Below are positions 52,316-63,976 of a DNA stretch of 64,000 nucleotides, one piece after another. The stretch's first letter is position 1. Every line of letters begins with the position of its first letter. The translations under genes and the position numbers were made by a program. This stretch comes from Dehalococcoidia bacterium (GTDB taxonomy: Bacteria > Chloroflexota > Dehalococcoidia > SHYD01 > SHYC01), in contig SHYC01000001.1 in NCBI GenBank assembly GCA_009693005.1, positions 3,580-67,579 on the forward strand. The letters are read 5' to 3'. The notes below the pieces were generated by a model. The model did not search any database and was not told the DNA's origin. It worked only from the letters and a program-made list of their open reading frames with translations.

Positions 52316-54845
52316 CAGCTTCTTCCCGCCGCGCCCGGCATCGCGGCCCACGATCTACGCCTACGGGGATACGAACCCGCAGTATGCGGGCTTGCTCAAG
52401 GTCGGCTACACGACAGTGGACGCGCAATCCCGCGTGGCACAGCAGTACCCAACGCGGCGCCCTGGCCAGCCGCCGTACCGGATTGTTCTCGCAGAGTCCG
52501 CCATGCGCAATGACGGAACGGTGTTTACCGACCATGATGTACACCGGATGCTGCGGCTCAACGGCGTCAAGAATCCGGAAGGTGAGTGGTTCCGGTGTAC
52601 GGACACCGATGTCAAGGCGGCCATCATCGCCGTGAGAACAGGCCAACTGAATGAGGAGAATCGATCGCTGGATTTCAGTATGCGGCCGGAGCAGGAAGCG
52701 GCGGTCGAGAAGACCGCGGCCTACTTCGCCAGTTGGCGTAAGGAGAAGGGCAATCGCAACAAGCCGCCGCACTTTCTCTGGAACGCCAAGATGCGTTTTG
52801 GGAAGACCTTCGCCGCGTACCAGTTGGCGAAAAGCATGGGCTGGAGGAAGGTGCTCGTTCTCACTTTCAAACCGGCTGTACAAGGCGCCTGGGAAGAGGA
52901 CCTGAACCAACACGTCGATTTCAAGGGCTGGCAGTTCATCAAACCCGGTGGGCTGACTTACGAACAGGCGGACAGGACACGGCCGTTCGTCTGTTTCGGG
53001 TCGTTTCAAGACTACCTGGGCCGGAATTCCAGCACGGGCGGCATCAAGACGAAAAACGAATGGGTGCACGCCACGAATTGGGATTGCGTGATTCTTGACG
53101 AATACCACTACGGGGCTTGGCGAGAGAACGCGAAGGAACTTTTTGAGGCCGAGGACAAGCAGGAGGTCGAGTTCGGCGAGGGGGAAGGCATCAAGGACTT
53201 CGACGAAGACATCATGCCGATCACCACGGACGGCTACCTCTATCTCTCCGGCACCCCATTCCGTGCCATCGCTTCCGGCGAGTTCATCGAGGAGCAGATA
53301 TTCAACTGGACCTATTCCGATGAACAGCGGGCAAAGCGGGATTGGCAACGCCCCAACAACCCCTACGCCGCGCTGCCCCGAATGGTGCTCCTGACCTACC
53401 AAATCCCGGACGCGATTCGGGAAGTCGCTATGCAGGGCGAATTCAACGAGTTCGACTTGAACGTCTTCTTCTCCGCCGAGGGCATCGGCAACAAGGCGAA
53501 GTTCAAGTATGAGGACGAGGTTCAGAAGTGGCTGGACCTGATAAGGGGTTCGTTCCTGCCGACCAGCATTGACAACCTGAAACTCGGAGCGCAAAAGCCG
53601 CCGATGCCGTTCTCGGACGCGCGACTGCTCAACGTGCTGTCGCACACGTTCTGGTTTCTGCCCAGCGTGGCGGCGTGTGACGCTATGCGCAACCTGCTGG
53701 CGAAGAAGCAGAAACGATTCTATCACGACTATAAAGTCATCGTGGCGGCGGGGAGCGCCGCAGGAATCGGTGTCGCAGCCTTGCCGCCTGTTCAGGAAGC
53801 GATGGGAGATCCGCTCACTACGAGGACCATCACCCTCTCCTGCGCAAAATTGACCACGGGAGTGACGGTGAGACCCTGGACGGGCATTCTCATGCTCCGC
53901 AATTCCTCCACTCCGGAGACCTACTTTCAGGCGGTCTTCCGCGTGCAGTCGCCCTGGACGGTTCGAAACCCAGATGGTGCGTCCCCGAACGAAGAGCAGA
54001 TCATCAAGGAGGAGTGCTACGTATTCGACTTCGCCCCGGACCGGGCGTTGCGGCAGATCGCCGATTACAGTTGCCGATTGAACGTCGACGAGGCGAACCA
54101 GGAAAAGAAGGTGGAAGAGTTCATCAGCTTCCTGCCGGTCTTGGCCTACGACGGCAGTTCGATGAAGCAGATTGACGCCGCCGGCATTCTCGACATGGCG
54201 ATGAGCGGCACGACGGCAACCCTGCTGGCGCGGCGCTGGGAAAGCGCCTTGCTGGTGAATGTGGACAACGACACCCTGCGCCGCCTGATGGACAACAAAA
54301 AGGCGCTGGATGCCCTCATGAGCATCGAGGGCTTTCGCAATCTCAATCAGGAAATTGAGACGATCATCAACAAGTCGGAGGCCGTGAAGAAAGCACGCAA
54401 GGCGGCCAACGACGCGGAGGTGTCCGCCAATGAGAAGAAAGAGCTGACCGCGGAAGAGAAGGAATACAAGAGTCTGCGGAAGCAGATTCAGGAAAAGCTC
54501 ATCAAGTTCGCGACGCGAGTTCCTATCTTCATGTATTTGACCGACTACCGCGAACGAAGCCTCAAGGATGTCATTACACAACTGGAGCCGGGTCTGTTCA
54601 AGAAGGTCACCGGGTTGATGGTAAAGGACTTCGAGTTACTTGTGAGCCTTGGTGTCTTCAACAGCGCGTTAATGAACGACGCGGTTTACAAGTTCAAACG
54701 CTACGAGGACGCGAGCCTGAGCTACACAGGGATCAACAAGCACGAAGGCGAAGACGTCGGGTTGTACGACACCGTGTTGAGCCGTAATGACTACCAGGCG
54801 ACTTTCGTCAATGAGGCGGTCGAAGGCTACGACGGCACGAGGTGA
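52308..54845 (+). CDS. Fusion protein: an N-terminal T5orf172/GIY-YIG-like domain (IYAYGD...GLLKVGYTT...GEWFRCT) plus an SF2 helicase (motif I FGKT, motif II DEYH, motif VI QAVFRVQSP) and a C-terminal coiled-coil region
   Basis: 845 aa. GTG start 7 nt after a GGAGG, overlapping the preceding ORF. Helicase motifs were read by eye. Confidence 0.8.
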   Translation: MSNSFFPPRPASRPTIYAYGDTNPQYAGLLKVGYTTVDAQSRVAQQYPTRRPGQPPYRIVLAESAMRNDGTVFTDHDVHRMLRLNGVKNPEGEWFRCTDTDVKAAIIAVRTGQLNEENRSLDFSMRPEQEAAVEKTAAYFASWRKEKGNRNKPPHFLWNAKMRFGKTFAAYQLAKSMGWRKVLVLTFKPAVQGAWEEDLNQHVDFKGWQFIKPGGLTYEQADRTRPFVCFGSFQDYLGRNSSTGGIKTKNEWVHATNWDCVILDEYHYGAWRENAKELFEAEDKQEVEFGEGEGIKDFDEDIMPITTDGYLYLSGTPFRAIASGEFIEEQIFNWTYSDEQRAKRDWQRPNNPYAALPRMVLLTYQIPDAIREVAMQGEFNEFDLNVFFSAEGIGNKAKFKYEDEVQKWLDLIRGSFLPTSIDNLKLGAQKPPMPFSDARLLNVLSHTFWFLPSVAACDAMRNLLAKKQKRFYHDYKVIVAAGSAAGIGVAALPPVQEAMGDPLTTRTITLSCAKLTTGVTVRPWTGILMLRNSSTPETYFQAVFRVQSPWTVRNPDGASPNEEQIIKEECYVFDFAPDRALRQIADYSCRLNVDEANQEKKVEEFISFLPVLAYDGSSMKQIDAAGILDMAMSGTTATLLARRWESALLVNVDNDTLRRLMDNKKALDALMSIEGFRNLNQEIETIINKSEAVKKARKAANDAEVSANEKKELTAEEKEYKSLRKQIQEKLIKFATRVPIFMYLTDYRERSLKDVITQLEPGLFKKVTGLMVKDFELLVSLGVFNSALMNDAVYKFKRYEDASLSYTGINKHEGEDVGLYDTVLSRNDYQATFVNEAVEGYDGTR

Positions 54846-54902
54846 ACCCAGTGAACCGGCTAGCAACCGATTGACGCAGACGGTTTTGCCGTAATGGAAC
54901 GT

Positions 54903-55238
54903 CTAGGCATCTCTTACGCGTTTACTTTTGATCGCAACTTCGCTCAGTGTGGCTTGACCGTTCTCAAAGCATAACCGCTGCGGCTGCAACCGGTCGGTCA
55001 AGTGCCGCAAAACAACATAAGGCCGACTAAAGAACTCCCTAATTCTCGCCTCAGATTCGTCAGAGGCGTAGCCATCCAGATATGCCACCTCCGCCTCAGC
55101 CATCGTTGAAACGACGATCTCAACATCGCCCCTGTTCGCGGCTGCAATGATAAGATCACATTCCGTCTCAAGCAGCTGATACCCAGCCAGATATCCTAGG
55201 ATGATGTTGCTACACCAAAGCCGTCGAGGAATCGCCAT
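54903..55238 (-). CDS. Hypothetical protein; weak resemblance to PIN-like nucleases, not established
   Basis: 111 aa with a DLIIAAANRGDVEIVVS segment. Canonical PIN motif order is not preserved. Confidence 0.35.
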   Translation of the reverse strand: MAIPRRLWCSNIILGYLAGYQLLETECDLIIAAANRGDVEIVVSTMAEAEVAYLDGYASDESEARIREFFSRPYVVLRHLTDRLQPQRLCFENGQATLSEVAIKSKRVRDA

Positions 55239-55250
55239 TATGGGTTTCTC

Positions 55251-56042
55251 CTACCCAACGCGCACCGAGCGAAGAAACTCTACAGGGTTTCTTGCCGCTT
55301 CCTGATCAGGAATTGAGCCAAACTCGGCCTTAGGCGGGCTGTAATCCGGCGTGTTGTCCTCAATGTCGGAGATATTCGTTATGGAGCGCGGTACTCCATT
55401 CCTGAAGTAGTAGACCATGCCCCTAACTAACACCCGTCTGTCCAAGAATCCACTGACACGTCCAATCCAATCCGAGTTCTTTGGAAAGAAGCAACGAACG
55501 GGTGCACGACTTACACGATCCCATATGGTGAGGGTAGAAGAGCCGTGAAGATTAATTGCCTCTAGGTTCCCCTCAAGAGAACCGAGGTTATTGTAACTCT
55601 CAGCAAGAATCCTATTGGCCTTCTCACGAATGTCATCGCGGATGGTGGCCGCTTGCATCTTTTCAACAGAGACTACAATAGCCTTGGCCCGATCTCTTCC
55701 GGCGAACAGGCGATTCATTCGCTTCAGATCGTCTAAGGCCGCCTCGTTAAAGTACCTCGGAGGCTCGCTCGCCCCTGCGGTCACAACTGCAAGCCCCTGA
55801 GCGATGGCATCAACCGTCTCAGAATCACCCAAGAGAGAGCGAATTGTGACCGTTGGAGCACTGGAATGAAGCTCGTCAATCACCCAACGCCGAGGACTCT
55901 TTTCGTGAGTGACAGCATAATCTACGTCTCTGATAAGGCGCTCAATGTCCTCTATCGCCTTTCGGAATAGACTCAGAGACGCAGACTCAGCATCAGGCTG
56001 TATAGTGAACGTAATTCCATTCTGCATCATGCCCTCCTGCAA
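55251..56042 (-). CDS. Hypothetical protein
   Basis: 263 aa ORF with no recognisable motif, 12 nt upstream of the previous gene. Confidence 0.45.
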   Translation of the reverse strand: MQEGMMQNGITFTIQPDAESASLSLFRKAIEDIERLIRDVDYAVTHEKSPRRWVIDELHSSAPTVTIRSLLGDSETVDAIAQGLAVVTAGASEPPRYFNEAALDDLKRMNRLFAGRDRAKAIVVSVEKMQAATIRDDIREKANRILAESYNNLGSLEGNLEAINLHGSSTLTIWDRVSRAPVRCFFPKNSDWIGRVSGFLDRRVLVRGMVYYFRNGVPRSITNISDIEDNTPDYSPPKAEFGSIPDQEAARNPVEFLRSVRVG

Positions 56043-56215
56043 CCCCTAATGGGTGCAGATACCCCCTTAGGGGTATACACTAGATTTAGGTAAAAGTCCA
56101 GCGCATACGTTTGGTATGCAGGGAGTATTAACTTGGCTAGGAGGGGGCCGAACTCAAAGAGGTTTGGCCTTTTCTGTCCCCGCAAGTCTGTTAGGAATCA
56201 AACAAGCTACTAAAG

Positions 56216-56899
56216 TTACATCTGTCCCAGGCTGTTCGGGCGGAACACCTCGGCTGTTGCCTTCCAGTACTCCCCGAGCTCTTTTGCCCAGGTCTCGGTC
56301 TCCTCCACCACCTGTCCTTCCTCTACCTCCTGGCTTAGGCCAATCAGGTTAGCGTTCATATCGGACAGGCGCGTTATCAGTCCGTCAAGGGCGTTCTTCT
56401 GCTCCTCTTCCAGCTTGCGGAGGGCTTCCACGTTTTGAGGGCTGGCGTTTACCAGAGGGCCTTTGCCCTGGTCCAAGTCTACCAGACCCTGCGCCAGGAT
56501 TTTATGTCTTTGGATACGTGCGGCAAGGCCGGGCAAGACCTCTTTATCGATGCTGTTGATCATGACTTTAACATCGGACTTCACGCCCTCGATGGACAGA
56601 TGTTGTATCTGTCTTTCCAGGGCGTCTCGTCTTTCCAGGGCACCGATAAAATACGGCTCATTGGAGACCGCGCTGTAAAGAAGTATGCGCCGGTATACCA
56701 TCGGTTCGACCTGTGTTGCCGCCATCCCCAGCCAGCTTACCAGTGATATTGCGGCTGGTATGTACCAGGAGGAGGCAAAGGCAGCCAGTGGAGGCAGGTT
56801 AAGCACAGCCAGCACCAATAATACGCCAGCTATGCCAAACCACTTCGCCGGCGAAGCCAAACCAGCTTTTAGTATCGCGCTCAGGGTCCTTAAGGCCAT
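56216..56899 (-). CDS. Hypothetical membrane protein (two N-terminal transmembrane helices plus a coiled-coil region)
   Basis: 227 aa. Begins 12 nt after the VWA gene. Confidence 0.45.
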   Translation of the reverse strand: MALRTLSAILKAGLASPAKWFGIAGVLLVLAVLNLPPLAAFASSWYIPAAISLVSWLGMAATQVEPMVYRRILLYSAVSNEPYFIGALERRDALERQIQHLSIEGVKSDVKVMINSIDKEVLPGLAARIQRHKILAQGLVDLDQGKGPLVNASPQNVEALRKLEEEQKNALDGLITRLSDMNANLIGLSQEVEEGQVVEETETWAKELGEYWKATAEVFRPNSLGQM

Positions 56900-56910
56900 A
56901 GTCAGTGGTC

Positions 56911-58860
56911 CTAGAAGTACTTGGAGAATAGTTCCAACACCTGGGCCAGTGCGTCGCCGCCCCCGCTTTGCGATCCACGAACAACAACACCGCCTGATGC
57001 CTCAGCAAATATACGAAGGGTCTCCCAGTCTGCTTCACCTATTCCTACGCTGAAGATATGCACGGGGTTGCCAGGTTTAGAAGCAGAGACAAAGCCTGCC
57101 CCTAAAAGGTCTTTCACACCAGGGCCGCCAGATACGCCAACTTTCACTTCCTGTTCCTGTTTGTTCTGGACCTGGATAAAGTCGGAAAGCCCTACTTGGC
57201 CGGCGTTGCCTGCTCCGTCGCTTAGTAAAACCACGCCTCGGATGGCTTCGCCGGGTACACCACTGTAGCTGCCTGCCATATCAACTCCACGTTTGGTCGC
57301 TTCGTATAGCGCGGCCTGACCGCTGGCCGTCAGAGTGTCTACGGCCTGGGCGATGGCAAAGCGTGTTTGTGACAGCGGCCCTATAGGCACCCTGGTCTCA
57401 ACTGCGCCGGAGAATGTCACAAGGCCAACGTGGGTGTTTGGGGACGCGGCGTCTATAAAGCGTTTAGCCCCTTGCTTGGCCTGATCAAGCCTTGTGCCGC
57501 TCATAGAGCCGGAGGTATCAAGGACCAGGACTGCTACTCCAGACTTTTTGACATCGCGCCAGCTATCCTGGATAGCCTTAGCAGACTCGCTGGGCAAGCG
57601 GCCCACCAGCGCTTTGGGCTGCTGTGGGTCTACACCAAGTTTGGGAGTAAGTACATCGGCAAAGGGGAGGGCTGTTCCGGGTCTGAACCCCCATTCCATA
57701 AACTTACGCTGTATCTCCTCGCTCCATAGATAGTCACCCAGGACTTTGGCGGCTTCCCTCTGTCCGTGTGTTACCCAGGGCTCATTTGGGATTGCAAATG
57801 GATTGTCGTGCCAGACCGTGCCCTCTTTGGGATAGATCGCTACCACGTTGTAGCCCAGGTCGGTGATAGGTCGCTGCTGTACCTGTCCGCCGGGCACCGA
57901 TTCGGCATTCACCTTGCCCTGATACAGCCAGGGCAGGGTGTACTCCTCTACGGGAGCAAAGTGCAGGAAGTGCGGTCCCTGGAACATCTTTGTTTGGAGC
58001 TTTAGGGTCTCCGGATAGTAGTGGTCTACAGTGGCCTGAAATCTTTTTACAAAGTCTCGAACTTCTGGCCTGTTTACATCGGATGGCCTGAATTGTTCCG
58101 CGGGCACCCCGGCCGCGGCCAGGGTCAATAGCTGGAGGGTGGAGCGAGCCGTGGAACTGACCGTTGGATCAGTAAAAGCGACCAGGGGCTTCTTTCCCCA
58201 CTCTACCTTCGCGGTAGGGCAAGCAGCCCATCCATCCGCGCTCTCGGCCAGGTTAAGTATCTCGGACCAGCCGATTGCCCGCTGCGGCCATCCGAGACAC
58301 TCCGCCATTTCCTTATAAGTAAAGATGACAACAGGGGTCCTGACAATGGACTTAAGGTTGTCCACATCGAAAACTTTGTGCCCGACCTCCAGGTTTACCT
58401 GGGCCAGCCAGTCTGAGGTAGATGGACTTACCACAGTAGGAGGCCCAATCGCGCTTGATGGAAACTCGGCATTCTGGTTCAGTTTGGCGATCAGGAGTTT
58501 GTACATGTCCCCTGAATTCACAGTTACCGAGCGGGCGTTAACAACGTAGCGACGGTTGTCAATACTAATGGTATGCTTGTCGGTGTTAAAGCGCTCCAGG
58601 GCGGGCTGCAAGATGTTCTGCTTCTCTCCTGAGGTCCATACCAGCACATCAACGGTATCCCCGGACCCTACCATCCCTGCCCGGCCGAGGAAGAAGCCGG
58701 CTATACCGATGACGAACAGGAGGGCGATAACTAATCTGAGATTGCGCTGCATATCCAACTCATTTGTAGCAAATAATATTTGGCTGTTCTGATGGTTGAA
58801 TATTACTGCCGGTACTGTAGTGTGTCGACGAGAGAGGCTGGCAATGAGACACTCAGTCAT
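56911..58860 (-). CDS. Extracytoplasmic protein with a solute-binding-like N-terminal region and a C-terminal von Willebrand factor A domain (MIDAS motif DTSGSMSG)
   Basis: 649 aa. VLVLDTSGSMSGTRLDQAKQGAKRFID...GLVTFSG...ALYEAT...VVLLSDGAGN. The true start may be the internal ATG (MQRNLRLVIALL, near position 58752). Confidence 0.7.
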   Translation of the reverse strand: MTECLIASLSRRHTTVPAVIFNHQNSQILFATNELDMQRNLRLVIALLFVIGIAGFFLGRAGMVGSGDTVDVLVWTSGEKQNILQPALERFNTDKHTISIDNRRYVVNARSVTVNSGDMYKLLIAKLNQNAEFPSSAIGPPTVVSPSTSDWLAQVNLEVGHKVFDVDNLKSIVRTPVVIFTYKEMAECLGWPQRAIGWSEILNLAESADGWAACPTAKVEWGKKPLVAFTDPTVSSTARSTLQLLTLAAAGVPAEQFRPSDVNRPEVRDFVKRFQATVDHYYPETLKLQTKMFQGPHFLHFAPVEEYTLPWLYQGKVNAESVPGGQVQQRPITDLGYNVVAIYPKEGTVWHDNPFAIPNEPWVTHGQREAAKVLGDYLWSEEIQRKFMEWGFRPGTALPFADVLTPKLGVDPQQPKALVGRLPSESAKAIQDSWRDVKKSGVAVLVLDTSGSMSGTRLDQAKQGAKRFIDAASPNTHVGLVTFSGAVETRVPIGPLSQTRFAIAQAVDTLTASGQAALYEATKRGVDMAGSYSGVPGEAIRGVVLLSDGAGNAGQVGLSDFIQVQNKQEQEVKVGVSGGPGVKDLLGAGFVSASKPGNPVHIFSVGIGEADWETLRIFAEASGGVVVRGSQSGGGDALAQVLELFSKYF

Positions 58861-59103
58861 CCGCTGTATATACTCACTGGTCGGGGTGTCATCGATTAAG
58901 AGCCGGAATGCCCGTGGTCAGACTTGAGAGAGTATTGGCAGTGAGTGTCTAGCTATAAGCACGGGCCTTGAACACCCTGGAGCTCTTGCCTAAAATAGCT
59001 GAGTCGTAACGCCATGCTGAGGTACACTGTTATTTTATTGGTCGCTCAATGTGATAAAATGGCTGGTATGACCGAATTTTGTACGAACTGAGAGGCCCAT
59101 TTC

Positions 59104-60468
59104 TTGAAAGGCCGCTACGAATTTATTTCTCCCGTTGATGAGCCCGAAGGTCGTTCCTTACTTAAACCACTTTTCTTTATGTTAAGCCTGGCGATATTCA
59201 TCGTCGGCGGTTTTTATCTTGGTAGTTGGGCGCTGGCTTACAACATAACGGGCATGGATACATTTCCTTCGCCGGCATTGCCCTCCCTTCCTGGGTTCCT
59301 GAGGCCGGCCAGGGTTGACGGTGATGACCAGGTGGTAGATTATGCCAATAAAGACCGTGTGAACATCTTGGTTCTGGGAGTCGACCGGCGGCCGGGCGAA
59401 TCAACGGAACTCGACCTCGTCCGAACCGATACTATGATGGTGGTATCCCTGGACCCCAAGAGCAAAACAGCTGGTTTGTTGAGCATCCCCAGAGACCTGT
59501 GGGTGCCAATACCGCTTACAGGTAACAGCGTTGTTTACGACCGCATCAACGCTGCCAACGTATATGGCGAGCTTTACGAGTATGACGGAGGCGGCACAGC
59601 GCTAGCGATGCGTACGGTTGAGTACAACATAGGAGTAAAGATCCACCACTACGTTAAGGTGGATTTTGAGGGCTTCAGCAAAATAGTGGATTCGCTTGGT
59701 GGTGTAACAGTAACCTTGGAGCGGCCGCTCATCGATCACGAGTATCCAACGCCAGACTACGGGACGATGAGCATATATATACCTGCCGGCGCTCAGCAGC
59801 TGGATGGTGAAAAAGCGCTTTGGTACGCTCGATCAAGGCATATGGACTCGGATCTGAGCCGCATCAAGCGACAGCAGCAAGTACTGCTGGCTATCCGCGA
59901 CAAAGTTCTCCAGCTAAACATAGTGATCAGGCTGCCAAAGCTCTGGACTGATTTCCGCAGCACCGTTGATACCGATCTCTCCCTTCCGGATATTATTGGG
60001 CTTGGGATGGTGGTAAAGGAGGTCAAAAAAGACTCAATATCTTCGTACGCCCTTGATGGTTCTACAGTGCGCGGCGTAACGACGGTCGATGGCGCGAGTA
60101 TACTAGTGCCGGTGCGAGATGAGATCAAGAAGGTGGTGGACCGGTATCTGTCAGATGACCCCCTGGTTAAGGAGAATGCTAAAGTGCTGATACTAAATGG
60201 TACGACCAAAGCTGGTTTGGCAACCAAGACTGCTCAGCGGCTAAAGAATTTGGGGTTTGATGACGATGATATTGAGATCGGCGATACCGGTGTGGATGGC
60301 ATAAGTGCAACCACCAATATATATGATCTGTCCGGCAAGAAGTATTCCATTGGGCTGCTGGCTGACGCGCTGAAGGTACCCCAAAGCCGAATTGTAATTA
60401 TAGGCAAGGACAACAGCCATCCGGAAGATATCAGGATAGTCTTAGGCGAAGACGCGCCTTTTGACTAG
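59104..60468 (+). CDS. LytR-CpsA-Psr (LCP) family cell-envelope phosphotransferase
   Basis: A transmembrane helix followed by ILVLGVDRRPGESTELDLVRTDTMMVVSLDP...LLSIPRDLWVPIP. The track starts at TTG 59104. An internal ATG at 59179 is an alternative start. Confidence 0.85.
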   Translation: MKGRYEFISPVDEPEGRSLLKPLFFMLSLAIFIVGGFYLGSWALAYNITGMDTFPSPALPSLPGFLRPARVDGDDQVVDYANKDRVNILVLGVDRRPGESTELDLVRTDTMMVVSLDPKSKTAGLLSIPRDLWVPIPLTGNSVVYDRINAANVYGELYEYDGGGTALAMRTVEYNIGVKIHHYVKVDFEGFSKIVDSLGGVTVTLERPLIDHEYPTPDYGTMSIYIPAGAQQLDGEKALWYARSRHMDSDLSRIKRQQQVLLAIRDKVLQLNIVIRLPKLWTDFRSTVDTDLSLPDIIGLGMVVKEVKKDSISSYALDGSTVRGVTTVDGASILVPVRDEIKKVVDRYLSDDPLVKENAKVLILNGTTKAGLATKTAQRLKNLGFDDDDIEIGDTGVDGISATTNIYDLSGKKYSIGLLADALKVPQSRIVIIGKDNSHPEDIRIVLGEDAPFD

Positions 60469-60746
60469 ATCTGCGCCTCTGCTGTAAGCAATACCGTTCT
60501 CTTGGCGAAGACCATAAGCAGGGTTGCCTTAGGTTCTCGAAGGCAACTATCTATCATCTCGAGAGCATCGAGGGGTGGGCTAGGCCGCACTATTTTCGTT
60601 CACTGGTGTGAAGACGCAAGCCCAAGGTTGGATTCCCTGGCAGTCTGGTATGTGAGGTGTAAGTAATGGAGAGATAAGACATCCCCAGCGGCTTTACTAA
60701 TGTTGATCTTTCGGCTCATCCAAGCTCCTTTGTACATCGCCTGGAT

Positions 60747-61478
60747 ATGACCGCGGAAGCGTTTGAGGCTTCGAAACGTCGCACCTACCAGTTGTTAAAT
60801 ATCCAGGAGGGCCACCGAATACTGGATGTTGGCTGTGGTACCGGGCAGGATGTTAGGTCCCTTGCGCAACTCGTTGGCAGTAGCGGTCGGGTTACTGGAA
60901 TAGATAGCAGCGAGGCCATGGTCTCCGAGGCACTAAAACGGATGGAAGGTGAAGCTCTTCCGGTTGAATATCTGTCGGGCGACGCTCACAATTTAGACTT
61001 TCCCGACCAAGCCTTTGATGGATGTCGGGCGTACCATGTCCTCATGCATCTGGAAGACCCAAGGAAAGCGCTGGCGGAGGTGGTTCGGGTAACAAGGTCT
61101 GGAGGGCGAATAGTCCTGTGTGAACCTGATCTTGAGACCTGGATGATTGATGCCCCTAACCGCTCGGTGACCCGGAGGATTCTGAACTTCCGTTGCGATG
61201 GCTTTCGTAGTGGATGGGTCGGACGCCAACTGCCTGCTCTCTTTTCGGAAATCGGGATCACGGACATATCTATTGAGCCGGTCACGCTCGAATGGACCGA
61301 CTATGCGTGGACAGACCAGCGCTTTGGGCTACACACCATTGCGGAGCGCGCTAAGGAAGCGGGCGTGGTATCAGCAGATGAGGCTGCAGAGTGGCTGGGA
61401 TACCTCGAAGAAGCAGGACGCACGGGTCGTTTCTTCGCCGCCTTCACAATGTTCACCGTGAGTGGCCACAAACCATGA
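60747..61478 (+). CDS. Class I SAM-dependent methyltransferase (Methyltransf_11/UbiE-like)
   Basis: ILDVGCGTGQDVRSLA motif I. 243 aa. Confidence 0.75.
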   Translation: MTAEAFEASKRRTYQLLNIQEGHRILDVGCGTGQDVRSLAQLVGSSGRVTGIDSSEAMVSEALKRMEGEALPVEYLSGDAHNLDFPDQAFDGCRAYHVLMHLEDPRKALAEVVRVTRSGGRIVLCEPDLETWMIDAPNRSVTRRILNFRCDGFRSGWVGRQLPALFSEIGITDISIEPVTLEWTDYAWTDQRFGLHTIAERAKEAGVVSADEAAEWLGYLEEAGRTGRFFAAFTMFTVSGHKP

Positions 61479-61638
61479 CTGAACAAGGGTTATGATAATA
61501 ATAGTGTGAATCTGCCATACCCAAATGGCGTCTTCACAACCAATGGCCTTGTATCATCGCAAGTCTTCGCTGACAACCGAACAAGCGCCCGTATTTTCAA
61601 CCCTTGGGTTGAAGGGGCAAGCCTGCAAGCTTCATTCT

Positions 61639-63663
<2,025 letters not shown>

Positions 63664-63938
63664 CTACGTCTCCTTGGACATCGGAAAGTGCATGGTTAGT
63701 ATAGCATAGGGAATTTTGAGCAAGAAGATATACGAAAGCAGACGGAAATGACTGATCGAGTTATCGCAAAGTCCGTGAGAAGAGCTCGCAGATGCCCCCG
63801 CCATGCTCACAAGCCCCTCCAACACCCGGTTTAACACCTGTAGTCTTCTTTACTCTCCCTGACTCTCCGCGCACGGAGTCCGCAAGGCTGACAATAGCGA
63901 TCATTCTTTCATGGATCGAAGATACTCGACCTATCGGC

Positions 63939-63976
63939 ACTGACACTTTCATAGACCATTAACATTGTGATGCAGA
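63939..63976 (+). repeat. 38 nt conserved intergenic motif, copy 2: GACCTATCGGCACTGACACTTTCATAGACCATTAACAT
   Basis: Matches 16676-16713 at 33 of 38 positions. It lies about 280 bp upstream of the ligA start, on the opposite strand. Confidence 0.4.

Noticed and set aside
52272-54581. 769 aa ORF on the minus strand
   Set aside because: It is entirely antisense to the helicase gene, which has clear SF2 motifs. It is Arg/His/Leu-rich and low-complexity, as expected for a spurious antisense frame in GC-rich DNA.
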